Shown here: in pieces, positions 11,278 to 23,600 of the stretch | Layout: every line of letters starts with the position of its first letter | Numbering within the stretch: the stretch's first letter is position 1 | NCBI GenBank assembly: GCA_052327205.1 | Contig: CM126207.1 | Coordinates: 183,334,001 to 183,398,000 of the forward strand | Source of the DNA: Somniosus microcephalus | Taxonomy: Eukaryota | Reading direction: 5' to 3' | Length of the DNA: 64,000 nucleotides | Notes under the pieces: model-generated | What the model saw: the letters and a program-made list of their open reading frames with translations, nothing else | Database searches by the model: none | Told to the model about the DNA's origin: nothing | Program-made: the position numbers and the translations under genes

Positions 11278-14229
11278 ATGACAACAGAGAAGGTCATAGA
11301 CTTAGGTAGCAGTGGGGGAATTAAAAAACAGAATGTGTCAGGAAGGGACAGAAGGTATGGAGTAAAAAGTAAAGTACTAAAAAGGGAAAAAACAGGAACT
11401 AAGTGTTACAAAACATATTTGAAAGTTCTTTATCTGAATGCACGTAGCATTCGTAACAAAATGAATGAGTTAACGGCACAAATAATGACATATGGGTCTG
11501 ATCTTGTGGCCATTACAGAAACATGGCTGCAGGGTGACCATGACTGGGAATTAAACATACCAGGTTATTTAACAATCAGGAAGGACAGGCAGGAAGGGAG
11601 AGGAGGTGGGGTGGCTATGTTAATAAAGGAAGGAATCACTATAATACAGAGAAATGATATTGGGTCAAAGGAGCACGATAGTGAAACAGTTTGGGTGGAG
11701 GTAAGGAATAATAAGGGGAAAAAAACACTAGTGGGTGTAGTCTATAGGCCTCCGAACAGTTGCAACTCTGTTGGACGGAGTATTAATCAGGAAATAGTTG
11801 AGGCTTGTAATAAGGGAACAGCTATAATTATGGGGGATTTTAATTATCATATTAACTGGACAAATCAAATTGGGCAGAGCAGCCTTGAGGAAGAGTTCAT
11901 TGAGTGTATTAGGGATGGGTTTCTTGAGCAGTATGTAACTGAACCAACCAGGGGGCAAGCAACCTTAGATTTGGTCCTGTGTAATGAGACAGGATTAATT
12001 AAAAATGTCCTAGTAAAGGATCCCCTTGGAATGAGTGACCATAACATGGTTGAGTTCCATATTCAATTAGAGGGTGAGAAGGTTGGATCTCAAACAAGCG
12101 TGCTGAGCTTGAATAAAGGAGACTATGAAGGTATGAGAGCGGAATTAATGAGAGTGGACTGGGAAAATAGATTAAAGGGTAAGACGGTACATGACCAGTG
12201 GTGTACATTTAAGGAGTTATTTTACAACTTCCAAAAAATATATATTCCACTGAGGAAAAAAGGGTGTAAAAGAAAAGATAGCCATCCGTGGCTAAGTAAA
12301 GTAATTAAGGATAGTATCCGACTAAAAACAAGGGCATATAAGGTAGCCAAATCTAGTGGGAGGATGGAAGATTGGGAAGTCTTTAAAAGACAGCAAAAAA
12401 TAACAAAAAGATTGATTAAGAAAGGGAAGATAGATTATGAAAGTAAATTAGCAAAAAATATAAAAACAGACAGTAAAAGTTTCTATAGTTATATAAAAAG
12501 AAAAAGGGTGGCTAAAGTAAATGTTGGTCCCTTAGAGGATGAGACCGGGAAATTAATGGTGGGAAACATGGAGATGGCAAAAACACTGAACAATTATTTT
12601 GTATCAGTCTTTACAGTAGAGGACACTAAGAATATCCCAACACTGGACAAACAGGGGGCTCTAGGGGGGGAGGAACTAAATACAATTAAAATCACTAAGG
12701 AAGTGGTACTTGGTAAAATAATGGGACTCAAGGCGGATAAATCCCCTGGACCTGATGGCTTGCATCCCAGGGTCTTGAGGGAAGTAGCGGTAGGGATTGT
12801 GGATGCATTGGTAATAATTTTCCAAAACTCACTGGACTCAGCAAAGGTCCCGGCAGATTGGAAAACTGCTAATGTAACACCATTATTTAAAAAGGGTAGT
12901 AGGCAGAAGGCTGGAAACTATAGACCTGTTAGCCTAACATCTGTGGTTGGTAAAATGTTAGAGTCCATTATTAAGGAGACAGTAACGGGACATTTGGATA
13001 AACACAATTTAATAGGGCAAACTCAGCATGGTTTCATGAAGGGGAAGTCATGTTTAACAAATTTGCTTGAGTTTTTTGAGGAAGTAACATACAGGGTGGA
13101 TAAAGGGGAACCAGTGGACGTAGTGTATTTAGACTTCCAAAAGGCATTTGACAAGGTGCCACACAAAAGATTATTGCTCAAGATAAAAAATCACGGGATT
13201 GGGGGTAATATTCTGGCATGGGTGGAGGATTGGCTCTCTAACAGAAAGCAGAGAGTTGGGATAAATGGTTCGTTCTCAGATTGGCAACCAGTAACTAGTG
13301 GTGTTCCGCAGGGGTCAGTGCTGGGTCCCCAACTCTTTACAATCTATATTAACGATTTGGAGGAGGGGACCGAGTGTAACATATCAAAGTTTGCAGATGA
13401 TACAAAGATGGGACGGAAAGTAGTGAGTGAGGAGGACATAAAAAACCTGCAAAGGGACATAGACAGGCTAAGTAAGTGGGCAGAGATTTGGCAGATGGAA
13501 TACAATACTGGAAAGTGTGAAGTTATGCACTTTGGCAGGAAAAATCATAGAGCAAGTTATTATCTTAATGGCAAGAAACTGGAAAGTACTGTAGTACAAA
13601 GGGATCTGGGGGTCCTGGTGCACGAAACTCAAAAAGTTAGTATGCAGGTGCAGCAAGTGATCAAGAAGGCCAATGGAATGTTGGCTTTTATTGCTAGGGG
13701 GTTGGAATATAAAAACAGGGAGGTATTGCTGCAGTTGTACAAGGTATTGGTGAGGCCGCACCTGGAATACTGCATACAGTTTTGGTGTCCATACTTAAGA
13801 AAAGACATACTTGCTCTCGAGTCAGTACAAAGAAGGTTCACTCGGTTAATCCCGGGGATGAGGGGGTGGTCATATGAGGAGAGGTTGAGTAGATTGGGAC
13901 TCTACTCATTGGAGTTCAGAAGAATGAGAGGCGATCTTATTGAAACATATAAGATTGTGAAGGGGTTTGATCGGGTGGATGCGGTGAGGATGTTCCCAAT
14001 GATGGGTGAAACTAGAACTAGGGGGCATAATCTTAAAATAAGGGGCTGCTCATTCAAAACTGAGATGAGGAGAAACTTCTTCACTCAGAGGGTGGTAGGT
14101 TTGTGGAATTTGCTGCCCCAGAAAGCTGTGGAAGCTACATCATTAAATAAATTTAAAACAGAAATAGATAGTTTCCTAGAAGTAAAGGGAATAAAGGGTT
14201 ACGGGGAGCGGGCAGGAAATTGGACATGA
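11278..14229 (+). CDS. CR1 ORF2, APE-type endonuclease plus reverse transcriptase, 983 aa, uninterrupted
   Basis: EN motifs YLNARSI, AITETWL, YRPPN, MGDFN, LDLVL, SDHN; RT motifs NYRPVSLTS, YLDFQKAFD, GVPQGSVLGP, KFADD. Confidence 0.96.
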   Translation: MTTEKVIDLGSSGGIKKQNVSGRDRRYGVKSKVLKREKTGTKCYKTYLKVLYLNARSIRNKMNELTAQIMTYGSDLVAITETWLQGDHDWELNIPGYLTIRKDRQEGRGGGVAMLIKEGITIIQRNDIGSKEHDSETVWVEVRNNKGKKTLVGVVYRPPNSCNSVGRSINQEIVEACNKGTAIIMGDFNYHINWTNQIGQSSLEEEFIECIRDGFLEQYVTEPTRGQATLDLVLCNETGLIKNVLVKDPLGMSDHNMVEFHIQLEGEKVGSQTSVLSLNKGDYEGMRAELMRVDWENRLKGKTVHDQWCTFKELFYNFQKIYIPLRKKGCKRKDSHPWLSKVIKDSIRLKTRAYKVAKSSGRMEDWEVFKRQQKITKRLIKKGKIDYESKLAKNIKTDSKSFYSYIKRKRVAKVNVGPLEDETGKLMVGNMEMAKTLNNYFVSVFTVEDTKNIPTLDKQGALGGEELNTIKITKEVVLGKIMGLKADKSPGPDGLHPRVLREVAVGIVDALVIIFQNSLDSAKVPADWKTANVTPLFKKGSRQKAGNYRPVSLTSVVGKMLESIIKETVTGHLDKHNLIGQTQHGFMKGKSCLTNLLEFFEEVTYRVDKGEPVDVVYLDFQKAFDKVPHKRLLLKIKNHGIGGNILAWVEDWLSNRKQRVGINGSFSDWQPVTSGVPQGSVLGPQLFTIYINDLEEGTECNISKFADDTKMGRKVVSEEDIKNLQRDIDRLSKWAEIWQMEYNTGKCEVMHFGRKNHRASYYLNGKKLESTVVQRDLGVLVHETQKVSMQVQQVIKKANGMLAFIARGLEYKNREVLLQLYKVLVRPHLEYCIQFWCPYLRKDILALESVQRRFTRLIPGMRGWSYEERLSRLGLYSLEFRRMRGDLIETYKIVKGFDRVDAVRMFPMMGETRTRGHNLKIRGCSFKTEMRRNFFTQRVVGLWNLLPQKAVEATSLNKFKTEIDSFLEVKGIKGYGERAGNWT

Positions 14230-14648
14230 GTCTGGGTTCGGAATGGTCACGGCCCTGTGGGTAGTGGAGTGGGCCCAGGGGCCGTGTAGCCTTGTTCTGC
14301 TCCTACTGTGTTCTAATTCTGTTAGATTTCAGGAGATGGTTTTATTCCTGTTCCTGGCTGGGGTGGAGATCGCCTTTACAGAAGGTAAGTACTGTAGAAA
14401 ATATAGGGACAGAGTGATCTCCTGGAAGAATTTCGATCGCCTAGATGGGTCGGAGAGGAATTTCCCAGATTTTTTTCTCCCAAATTGGCCATTGGGTCTT
14501 TATCTGGTTTTTCGCCTCTCCCGGGAGATCACATGGGTTCGGGTGGATGCAGAGTGATAGAAGATTTGAGGTTAGGATCAGATCAGCCATGATCTTATTG
14601 AATGGTGGAGCAGGCTCGAGGGGCCGATTGGCCTACTCCTGCTCCTAT

Positions 14649-14680
14649 TTCTTATGTTCTTATGTTCTTATGTTCTTATG
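14649..14680 (+). repeat. CR1 3' terminal octamer tail (TTCTTATG)x4
   Basis: Four perfect copies at the end of the element; CR1 elements end in short tandem repeats rather than poly(A). Confidence 0.93.
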
Positions 14681-17600
14681 TATAGAGACCATCCGGTATG
14701 GAAACCTCCTGGTGTGGAGACAGTCCCGGATAGAGACCACCCATTATAGAGACTGCCCGGTAAAGAAACCGTACGGTATAGAGACAGCCCGGTATAGGGA
14801 CACCCAGATATAGAGACCATCCGGTATATAGATCGCCTGGTATAAAGACTGCCCGGTATAGAGACAGCTCAGTGTGGAGGCCGCCCAGTATGAAGACCAC
14901 CTGATATAGAGAGCATCCGGTGAGGAGACCACCCGATATAGAGACCGACCTGTATAGAGAACACCCAGTAAAGAGAAAGTCCGGTAAAGAGGCCACCCGG
15001 TATAGTGACAGTCTGGTATAGTGACTACCAGTGCAGAGACTGCCCGGTATAGAGACCGTCCTGTATAGTGACTGCCGGTGCAGAGACTGCCCGGTATACA
15101 GTACGCCTGGTATAAAGACCGCCCGATATAGAGACCAATCAGTGTGGAGACCGCCCAGTGTAGAGACCGCACAGTATAAAGAACGCCTGGTATAGAGACC
15201 ATCCTGTATAGAAACCACCCGGTGTGGAGACCGTCTGGTATAGAGACCACCCTGTATAGAGACTGCCCGGTATAGAGACCATTCGGTATAGATACAGCAT
15301 GGTATAGGGACCGCCCGGTATTGACACCACTCGTTATAGAGACTGCCCGGTATAGAGATTGCCGAGTATAGAGACAGCACGTAGTGAAGACCGCCCGGTA
15401 TAGAGACCGCCAATTATAGACCGCCGATATAGAGACCATCCAGTAAAGAGTACACCTGGTATATAGACCACCTGGCAAAGAGAGCACCCGGTATAGAGAC
15501 CATCTGGTATAGAGACCGCCCGATGTGGAGACATTCCACTATAGAGACAGCCCGGTATAGCAACCGCATGGTATAAAGACTGCCTGGTTTAGAGACCACC
15601 TGGTGTGGTGACCGCCCGGTATAGTGACCGTTTTGTTTAGAGACAGCCCGGTATCGAGACTGTCCAGTATAGCAACAGTCCGGAATAGAGACCACCCAGA
15701 TTAGAGACCGCACGGTATAGACATCGCCCCATATAGAGTCCTCCCGGTATAGAGTCCTCCCGGTATAGAGTCCTCCCGGTATAGAGACTTCCTGGTATAG
15801 AGTCCTCCTGGTATAGAGTCCTCCCGGTATAGAGTCCTCCCGGTATAGAGTCTGCCCAGTATAGAGACCACCCGGTATAGAGACTCCCCAGTATAGAGAC
15901 AGCCCAGTAAAAAGACTGTCCGGTATAGAGACAGCCCGGTTTAGGGAACCCCCGATATAGAGACTGTCCGGTATATAGATCGCTTGGTATAAAGACCGCC
16001 CAGTATAGAGACAGCTCAGTGTGGAGACCGCCCAGGATAGAGACTGCCTGGTATAAAGACCACCCAGTATAGAGAGCATCCGGAGAGGAGACCACCCGAT
16101 ATAGAGACCGTCCTGTATAGAGAACACCCGGTATAGAGACCATCCGTTATAGAGCCCACACAGTATAGTGACCATCCGGTATAGTGATTGCCTGGTGCAG
16201 AGAATGCTCGGTATACAGTACGCCCAGTATAAAGACCACCCGTTATTAAGACCAATCGGTGTGGAGACCGGCCGGTATAGACACCACCCGGTATAAAGGC
16301 CACCCGAAGTAGAGACCGCCTGGTATAGAGACCATCCGGTATAGTGACTGCACAGTGCAGGGACTGCCCGGTATACAGAAAGCCCGTTATAAAGACTGCC
16401 CGGTATAGAGACTGCCCAGTATAAAGACGGCACATTATAGATACCATTCTATCTCAAAACTGCTGGAGTGGAGCCCATCTGGTATGGGGACCACCCAATA
16501 TAGAGGCCACTCGGCATAGAGGCAGACTGGTGTGGAGACCGCCTGGTATAGAGACTGCACGGTATAGAGACCGACCGATATGTACACAATCCAGTATAGA
16601 GACAGTCCGGTATAGACACCACATGGTATAGGGATCGCCCGGTGTAGAGGCTGCCTGGTATATAGACCGCGCAGTATAGAGACCACCCGGTATAGAGACC
16701 GCACAGTATAGAGGCCACCTGGTATGGGGCCGCCTGGTATAGAGACCACCCGGTGTGGAGACCACCCTGTGTGGAGACCACCCACTGTGGAGACTGCCCG
16801 GTGTGGAGATCGCCCGGTGTGGAGACCGCCCGCTTCAGAGAACATCCGCTATACAGACCACCCGGTATACAGACCACCTGGTATAGAGACTATCCAGTAT
16901 AGAGGCCGCCCGTTATAGAGAACACCTGGTATAGAGACCATCCGGTATAGAGTCCGCCCGGTGTGGAGACTTTCCACTATAGAGACTGCCCGGTATAGAG
17001 ACTGCATGGTAAAGAGAAAGCCTGGTTTTGAGACCGCCCGGTGTGTAGATTTTCCGGTATTCAGACTGCCCAGAATAGGAGCCACCCGGTATAGAGACCG
17101 CCTGGTGTGCTGACCTTCGGGAATAAACACAGCTTGGTGTAGAGACAGCCCGGTATCGAGACTGTCCAGTATAGAAACAGTCCGGAATAGAGACTGCCCA
17201 GTTTAGAGACTGCACGGTATAGACATCGCCCGATATAGAGAATGCCCGGTATAGAAACCGCGTGGTATAGAGACAGTCTGGTATAGAGAGCTCCCGGTAT
17301 AGAGTCCGCCCGGTATAGAGACCACCCGGTATAGAGACTGTCCAGTATAGAAACAGTCCAGAATAGAGAGCACCCGGTATAGAGAGCGACTGGTATAGAG
17401 ACCACTCATGAGGAGTCCACCCGGTATAGAGACCATCCGGTATAGAGATAATCCGGTTTGGAAACCACCTGGTGTGGAGACGGTCCCGTATAGAGACCAC
17501 CCATTATAGAGACTGCCCGGTAAAGAGACCGTACGGTATAGAGACAGCCCGGTATAGGGACACCCAGATATAGAGATCATCCAGTATATAGATCGCCTGG

Positions 17601-20600
17601 TATAAAGACTGCCCGGTATAGAGACAGCTCAGTGTGGAGGCCGCCCAGTATAAAGACCGCCTGGTATAGAGAGCACCCGGTGAGGAGACCGCCGATATAG
17701 AGACTGTCCTGTATAGAGAACACCCGGTAAAGAGAACGTCCGGTATATAGACCACCCGGTATAGTGACCATCCGGTATAGTGATTGCCAGTGCAGAGACT
17801 GCCCGGTATAGAGACCGTCCTGTATAGTGACTGCCCGGTGCAGAGACTGCCCGGTATACTGTACGCCCGGTATAAAGACCACCCGGTATAGAGACCATTC
17901 AGTGTGGAGACCGCCCAGTGTAGAGACCGCACAGTATAAAGAATGCCCATTATAGACTGCCGATATAGAGGCCGTCCAGTAAAGAGTTCACCTGGTATAT
18001 AGACCACCTGGCAAAGAGAGCACTTGGTATAGAGACCATCTGGTATAGAGACCGCCCGGTGTGGAGACTTTCCAGTTTAGAGACAGCCCGGTACAGCAAC
18101 CGCATGGTAAAGAGACTGCCTGGTTTAGAGACCACCTGGTGTGGTGACCGCCCGGTATAGTGACCGTTTTGTGTAGTGACAGCCCGGTATCGAGACTGTC
18201 CAGTACAGAAAGAGTCCGGAATAGAGACCACCCAGTGTAGAGACCGCACGGTATAGACATCGCCCCATATAGAGTCCTCCCAGTATAGAGACCTCCCGGT
18301 ATAGAGTCCTTCCTGTACAGAGTCCACCCGGTATAGTGTCCTCCTGGTATAGAGTCCTCCCGGTATAGAGTCCGCCCAGTATAGAGACCGCCCGGTATAG
18401 AGACTGCCCAGTATAGAGACAGCCCAGTAAAAAGAGCGTCCGGTATAGAGACAGCCCGGTTTAGGGACCCCTCGATATAGAAACTGTCCAGTATATAGAT
18501 CGCTTGGTTTAAAGACCGCCCGGTATAGAGACAGCTCAGTGTGGAGACCGCCCAGTATAGAGACTGCCCGGTATAAAGACCGCCCAGTATAGAGAGCATC
18601 CGGAGAGGAGACCGCCTGATATAGAGACCGTCCTGTATAGAGAACACCTGGTATAGAGACCGTCCGTTATAGAGCCCACACAGTATCGTGACCATCCGGT
18701 ATTGTGACTGCCTGGTGCAGCGACTGCTCGGTATAGAGTACGCCCAGTATAAAGACCACCCGTTATTAAGACCAATCGGTGTGGAGACTGGCCATATAGA
18801 CACCACCCGGTATAAAGGCCACCCGATGTAGAGACCACCTGGTATAGAGACCATCCGGTATAGTGACTGCACAGGGCAGGGACTGCCCGGTATACAGAAT
18901 GCCCGTTATAAAGACCGCCTGGTATAGAGACTGCCCAGTATAAAGACGGCACTGTATAGATACCATTCTATCTAGAAACTGCTGGAGTGGAGCCCATCTG
19001 GTATAGAGATAGCCCAATATAGAGACCACTCAGCATAGAGACCACCTGGTGTGGAGACCACCCAGTATAGAGAATGCCCGGTATAGAGACCAACCGATAT
19101 GTACACAATCCGGTATAGGAACAGTCCGGTATAGACACCACATGGTATAGGGATCGCCCGGTGTAGAGACTGCCTGGTATAGAGACCGCACAATATCGAG
19201 ACTACCCGGTATAGAGACCGCACAGGATAGAGGCCACCTGGTATGGGGCCACCTGGTATAGAGACCGCCCGGTGTGGTGACCGCCCGGTGTGGAGACCAC
19301 CCGCTGTGGAGACTGCCCGGTGTGGAGACCGCCCGGTGTGGAGAACACCCGCTCCAGAGACCGTCCGCTATACAGACCACCCGGTATACAGACCACCTGG
19401 TATAGAGACTATCCAGTATAGAGGCCACACTGTATGGAGACAACATGGTATAGAGACCACACGGTATAATGACCATCCAGTATAGAGGCCGCCCGTTATA
19501 GAGAACACCTGGTATAGAGACCATCCGGTATAGAGTCCACCCGGTGTGGAGTCTTTCCACTATAGAGACTGCCCGGTATAGAGACTGCATTGTAAAGAGG
19601 CAGCCTGGTTTAGAGACCACCCGGTGTGGAGACTGTCCGGTATTCAGACTGCCCAGTATAGAAACCACCCGGTATAGAGACCGCCTGGTGTGCTGACCAC
19701 CCGGTATAGAAACAGCTTGGTGTAGAGACAGCCCGGTATCGAGACTGTCCAGTATAGAAGCAGTCCAGAATAGAGACCGCCCAGTTTAGAGACCGCACAG
19801 TATAGACATCGCCCGATATAGAGAACACCCGGTATAGAAACCGCTTGGTATAGAGGCAGTCCGGTATAGAGAGCACCCGGTATAGAGTCCGCCCGGTATA
19901 GAGACCGCCCGGTATAGAGACTGTCCAGTATAGACACAGTCCAGAATAGAGAGCACCCGGTATAGAGAGCGACTGGTATAGAGACCACCATTGAGGAGTC
20001 CACCCGGTATAGAGACCGTCCAGTATAGAGACCATCCGGTATGGAAACCGCCCGGTGTGGAGACGGTCCGGTATAGAGACCACCCATTATAGAGACTGCC
20101 CGGTAAAGAGACCTTCCGGTATAGAGACAGCCCAGTATAGGGACACTCCGATATAGAGACCATCCGGTATATAGATCACCTGGTATAAAGACTGCCCAGT
20201 ATAGAGACAGCTCGGTGTGGAGGCCACCCAGTATAAAGACCACCTGGTATAGAGAGCATCCGGTGAGGAGACTGCCCGATATGGAGACCGTCCTGTATAG
20301 AGATCACCTGGTAAAGAGAACGTCCGGTATAGAGACCACCCGGTATAGTGACCGTCTGGTATTGTGACTGCCGGTGCAGTGACTGCCCGGTATAGAGACC
20401 GTTCTGTATAGTGGCTGCCCGGTGCAGCGACTGCCCGGTATACAGTACGCCCAGTATAAAGACCGCCCGGTATAGAGACCATTCAGTGTGGAGACTGCCC
20501 AGTGTAGAAACCGCACAGTATAAAGAATGCCTGGTATACAGACCATCCTGTATAGAAACCACCCGGTGTGGAGACCGTCTGGTATAGAGACCACCCTTTA

Positions 20601-23600
20601 TAGAGACAGCATGGTAAAGAGACAGCCTGGTTTAGAGACCGCCTGGTGTGGAGATTGTCCGGTATTCAGACTGCCCAGTATAGACACCACCCGGTATAGA
20701 GACCGCCTGGTGGGCTGACCGCCCGGTATAGACACAGCTTGGTGTAGAGACAGCCCGGTATCGAGACTGTCCAGTATAGAAACAGTCCGGAATAGAGACC
20801 GCCCAGTTTAGAGACTGCACGGTATAGACATCGCCCGATATAGAGAACGCCCGGTATAGAAACCGCGCGGTATAGAGACAGTCCGGTATAGAGAGCTCCC
20901 GGTATAGAGTCCACCTGGTATAGAGACCACCCAGTATAGAGACTGTCCAGTATAGAAGCAGTCCAGAATAGAGAGCGCCCGGTATAGAGAGCGACTGGTA
21001 TAGAGACCACTCATGAGGTGTCCACCCGGTATAGAGACCGTCCGGTATAGAGACCATCCGGTATGGAAACATCTTGGTGTGGAGACGGTCCTGTATAGAG
21101 ACCACCCATTATAGAGACTGCCCGGTAAAGAGACCGTACGGTATGGAGACAGCCCGGTATAGGGACACCCAGATATAGAGACCATCCGGTATATAGATCG
21201 CATGGTATAAAGACTGCCTGGTATAGAGACAGCTCAGTGCGGAGGCCGCCCAGTATAAAGACCGCCTGGTATAGAGAGCATCCGGTGAGGAGACCGCCCG
21301 ATATAGAGACCGTCCTGTATAGAGAACACCCGGTAAAGAGAACGTCCGGTATATAGACCACCCGGTATAGTGACTGTCCGGTACAGTGACTGCCAGTGCA
21401 GAGACTGCCCGGTATAGAGACCATCCTGTATAGTGACTGCCCGGTGCAGAGACTGCCCGGTATACAGTACGCCCGGTATAAAGACCGCCCGGTATAGAGA
21501 CCATTCAGTGTGGAGACCGCCCAGTGTAGAGACCGCACAGTATAAAGAATGCCTGGTATAGAGACCATCCTGTATAGAAACCACCCGGTGTGGAGACCGT
21601 CTGGTATAGAGACCACCCTATATAGAGACTGCCCGGTATAGAGACCATTCGGTATAGATACAGCATGGTATAGGGACCACCCGGTATAGACACCACTCAT
21701 TATAGATACTGCCCGGTATACAGATTGCCGAGTATAGAGACAGCACGTAGTGGAGACCGCCCGGTATAGAGACCGCCCATTATAGACTGCCGATAGAGAG
21801 ACCATCCAGTAAAGAGTTCACCAGGTATATAGACCACCTGGCAAAGAGAGCACCTGGTATAGAGACCATCTGGTATAGAGACCGCCCGGTGTGGAGACTT
21901 TCCAGTTTAGAGACAGCCCGGTACAGCAACCGCATGGTAAAGAGACTGCCTGGTTTAGAGACCACCTGGTGTGGTGACCGCCCGGTATAGTGACCGTTTT
22001 GTGTAGAGACAGCCCGGTATCGAGACTGTCCAGTATAGAAACAGTCTGGAATAGAGACCACCCAGTGTAGAGACTGCACGGTATGGACATCGCCCCATAT
22101 AGAGTCCTCCCGGTATAGAGACCTCCCGGTATAGAGTCCTTCCTGTATAGAGTCCTCCCGGTATAGTGTCCTCCTGGTATAGAGTCCTCCCGGTATAGAG
22201 TCTGCCCAGTATAGAGACCGCCTGGTATAGAGACTGCCCAGTATAGAGACAGCCCAGTAAAAAGAGCGCCCGGTATAGAGACAGCCCGGTTTAGGGACCC
22301 CTCGATATAGAGACTGTCCAGTATATAGATCGCTTGGTTTAAAGACCGCCCGGTATAGAGACAGCTCAGTGTGGAGACCGCCCAGTATAGAGACTGTCCG
22401 GTATAAAGACCGCCCAGTATAGAGAGCATCCGGAGAGGAGACCGCCCGATATAGAGACCGTCCTGTATAGAGAACACCCGGTATAGAGACCGTCCGTTAT
22501 AGAGCCCACACAGTATCGTGACCATCCGGTATTGTGACTGCCTGGTGCAGCGACTGCTCGGTATAGAGTACGCCCAGTATAAAGACCACCCGTTATTAAG
22601 ACCAATCGGTGTGGAGACTGGCCATATAGACACCACCCGGTATAAAGGCCACCCGAAGTAGAGACCACCTGGTATAGAGACCATCCGGTATAGTGACTGC
22701 ACAGGGCAGGGACTGCCTGGTATACAGAAAGCCCGTTATAAAGACCGCCCGGTATAGAGACCGCCCAGTATAGAGACGGCACAGTATAGATACCATTCTA
22801 TCTAGAAACTGCTGGAGTGGAGCCCTTCTGGTATAGAGACAGCCCAATATAGAGACCACTCAGCATAGAGACTGCCTGGTGTGGAGACCGCCCAGTATAG
22901 AGACTGCCCGGTATAGAGACCGACCGATATGTACACAATCCGGTATAGGAACAGTCCGGTATAGACACCACATGGTATAGGGATCGCCCGGTGTAGAGAC
23001 TGCCTGGTATAGAGACCGCGCAGTATAGAGACTACCCAGTATAGAGACCACACAGTATAGAGGCCACCTGGTATGGGGCCGCCTGGTATAGAGACCGCCC
23101 GGTGTGGTGACCGCCCGGTGTGGAGACCACCCGCTGTGGAGACTGCCCGGTGTGGAGACCGCCCGGTGTGGAGAACGCCCGCTCCAGAGCCTGTCCGCTA
23201 TACAGACCACCCAGTATACAGACCACCTGGTATAGAGAATATCCAGTATAGAGGCCACACGGTATGGAGACCACATGGTATAGAGACCACACGGTATAAT
23301 GACCATCCAGTATAGAGGCCGCCCGTTATAGAGAACACCTGGTATATAGACCATCCGGTATAGAGTCCGCCCGGTGTGGAGATTTTCCACTATAGAGACT
23401 GCCCGGTATAGAGACTGCATGGTAAAGAGACAGCCTGGTTTAGAGACCGCCCGGTGTGGAGACTGTCCGGTATTCAGACTGCCCAGTATAGGAACCACCC
23501 GGTATAGGGACCGCCTGGTGTGCTGACCGCCCGGTATAGAGACAGCTTGGTGTAGAGACAGCCCGGTATCGAGACTGTCCAGTATAGAAACAGTCCGGAA

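Larger units (their letters stand above)
10430..14680 (+). mobile_element. CR1-clade LINE (non-LTR retrotransposon), 5'-truncated within ORF1, inserted in the satellite
   Basis: Esterase ORF1 followed by APE/RT ORF2; 3' end GGGCCGATTGGCCTACTCCTGCTCCTATT followed by (TTCTTATG)4 at 14649-14680; sharp junctions with satellite on both sides. Confidence 0.96.

Noticed and set aside
10474-14084. Short antisense ORFs inside the CR1 element
   Set aside because: Shadows of ORF1 and ORF2 with no recognisable motifs.
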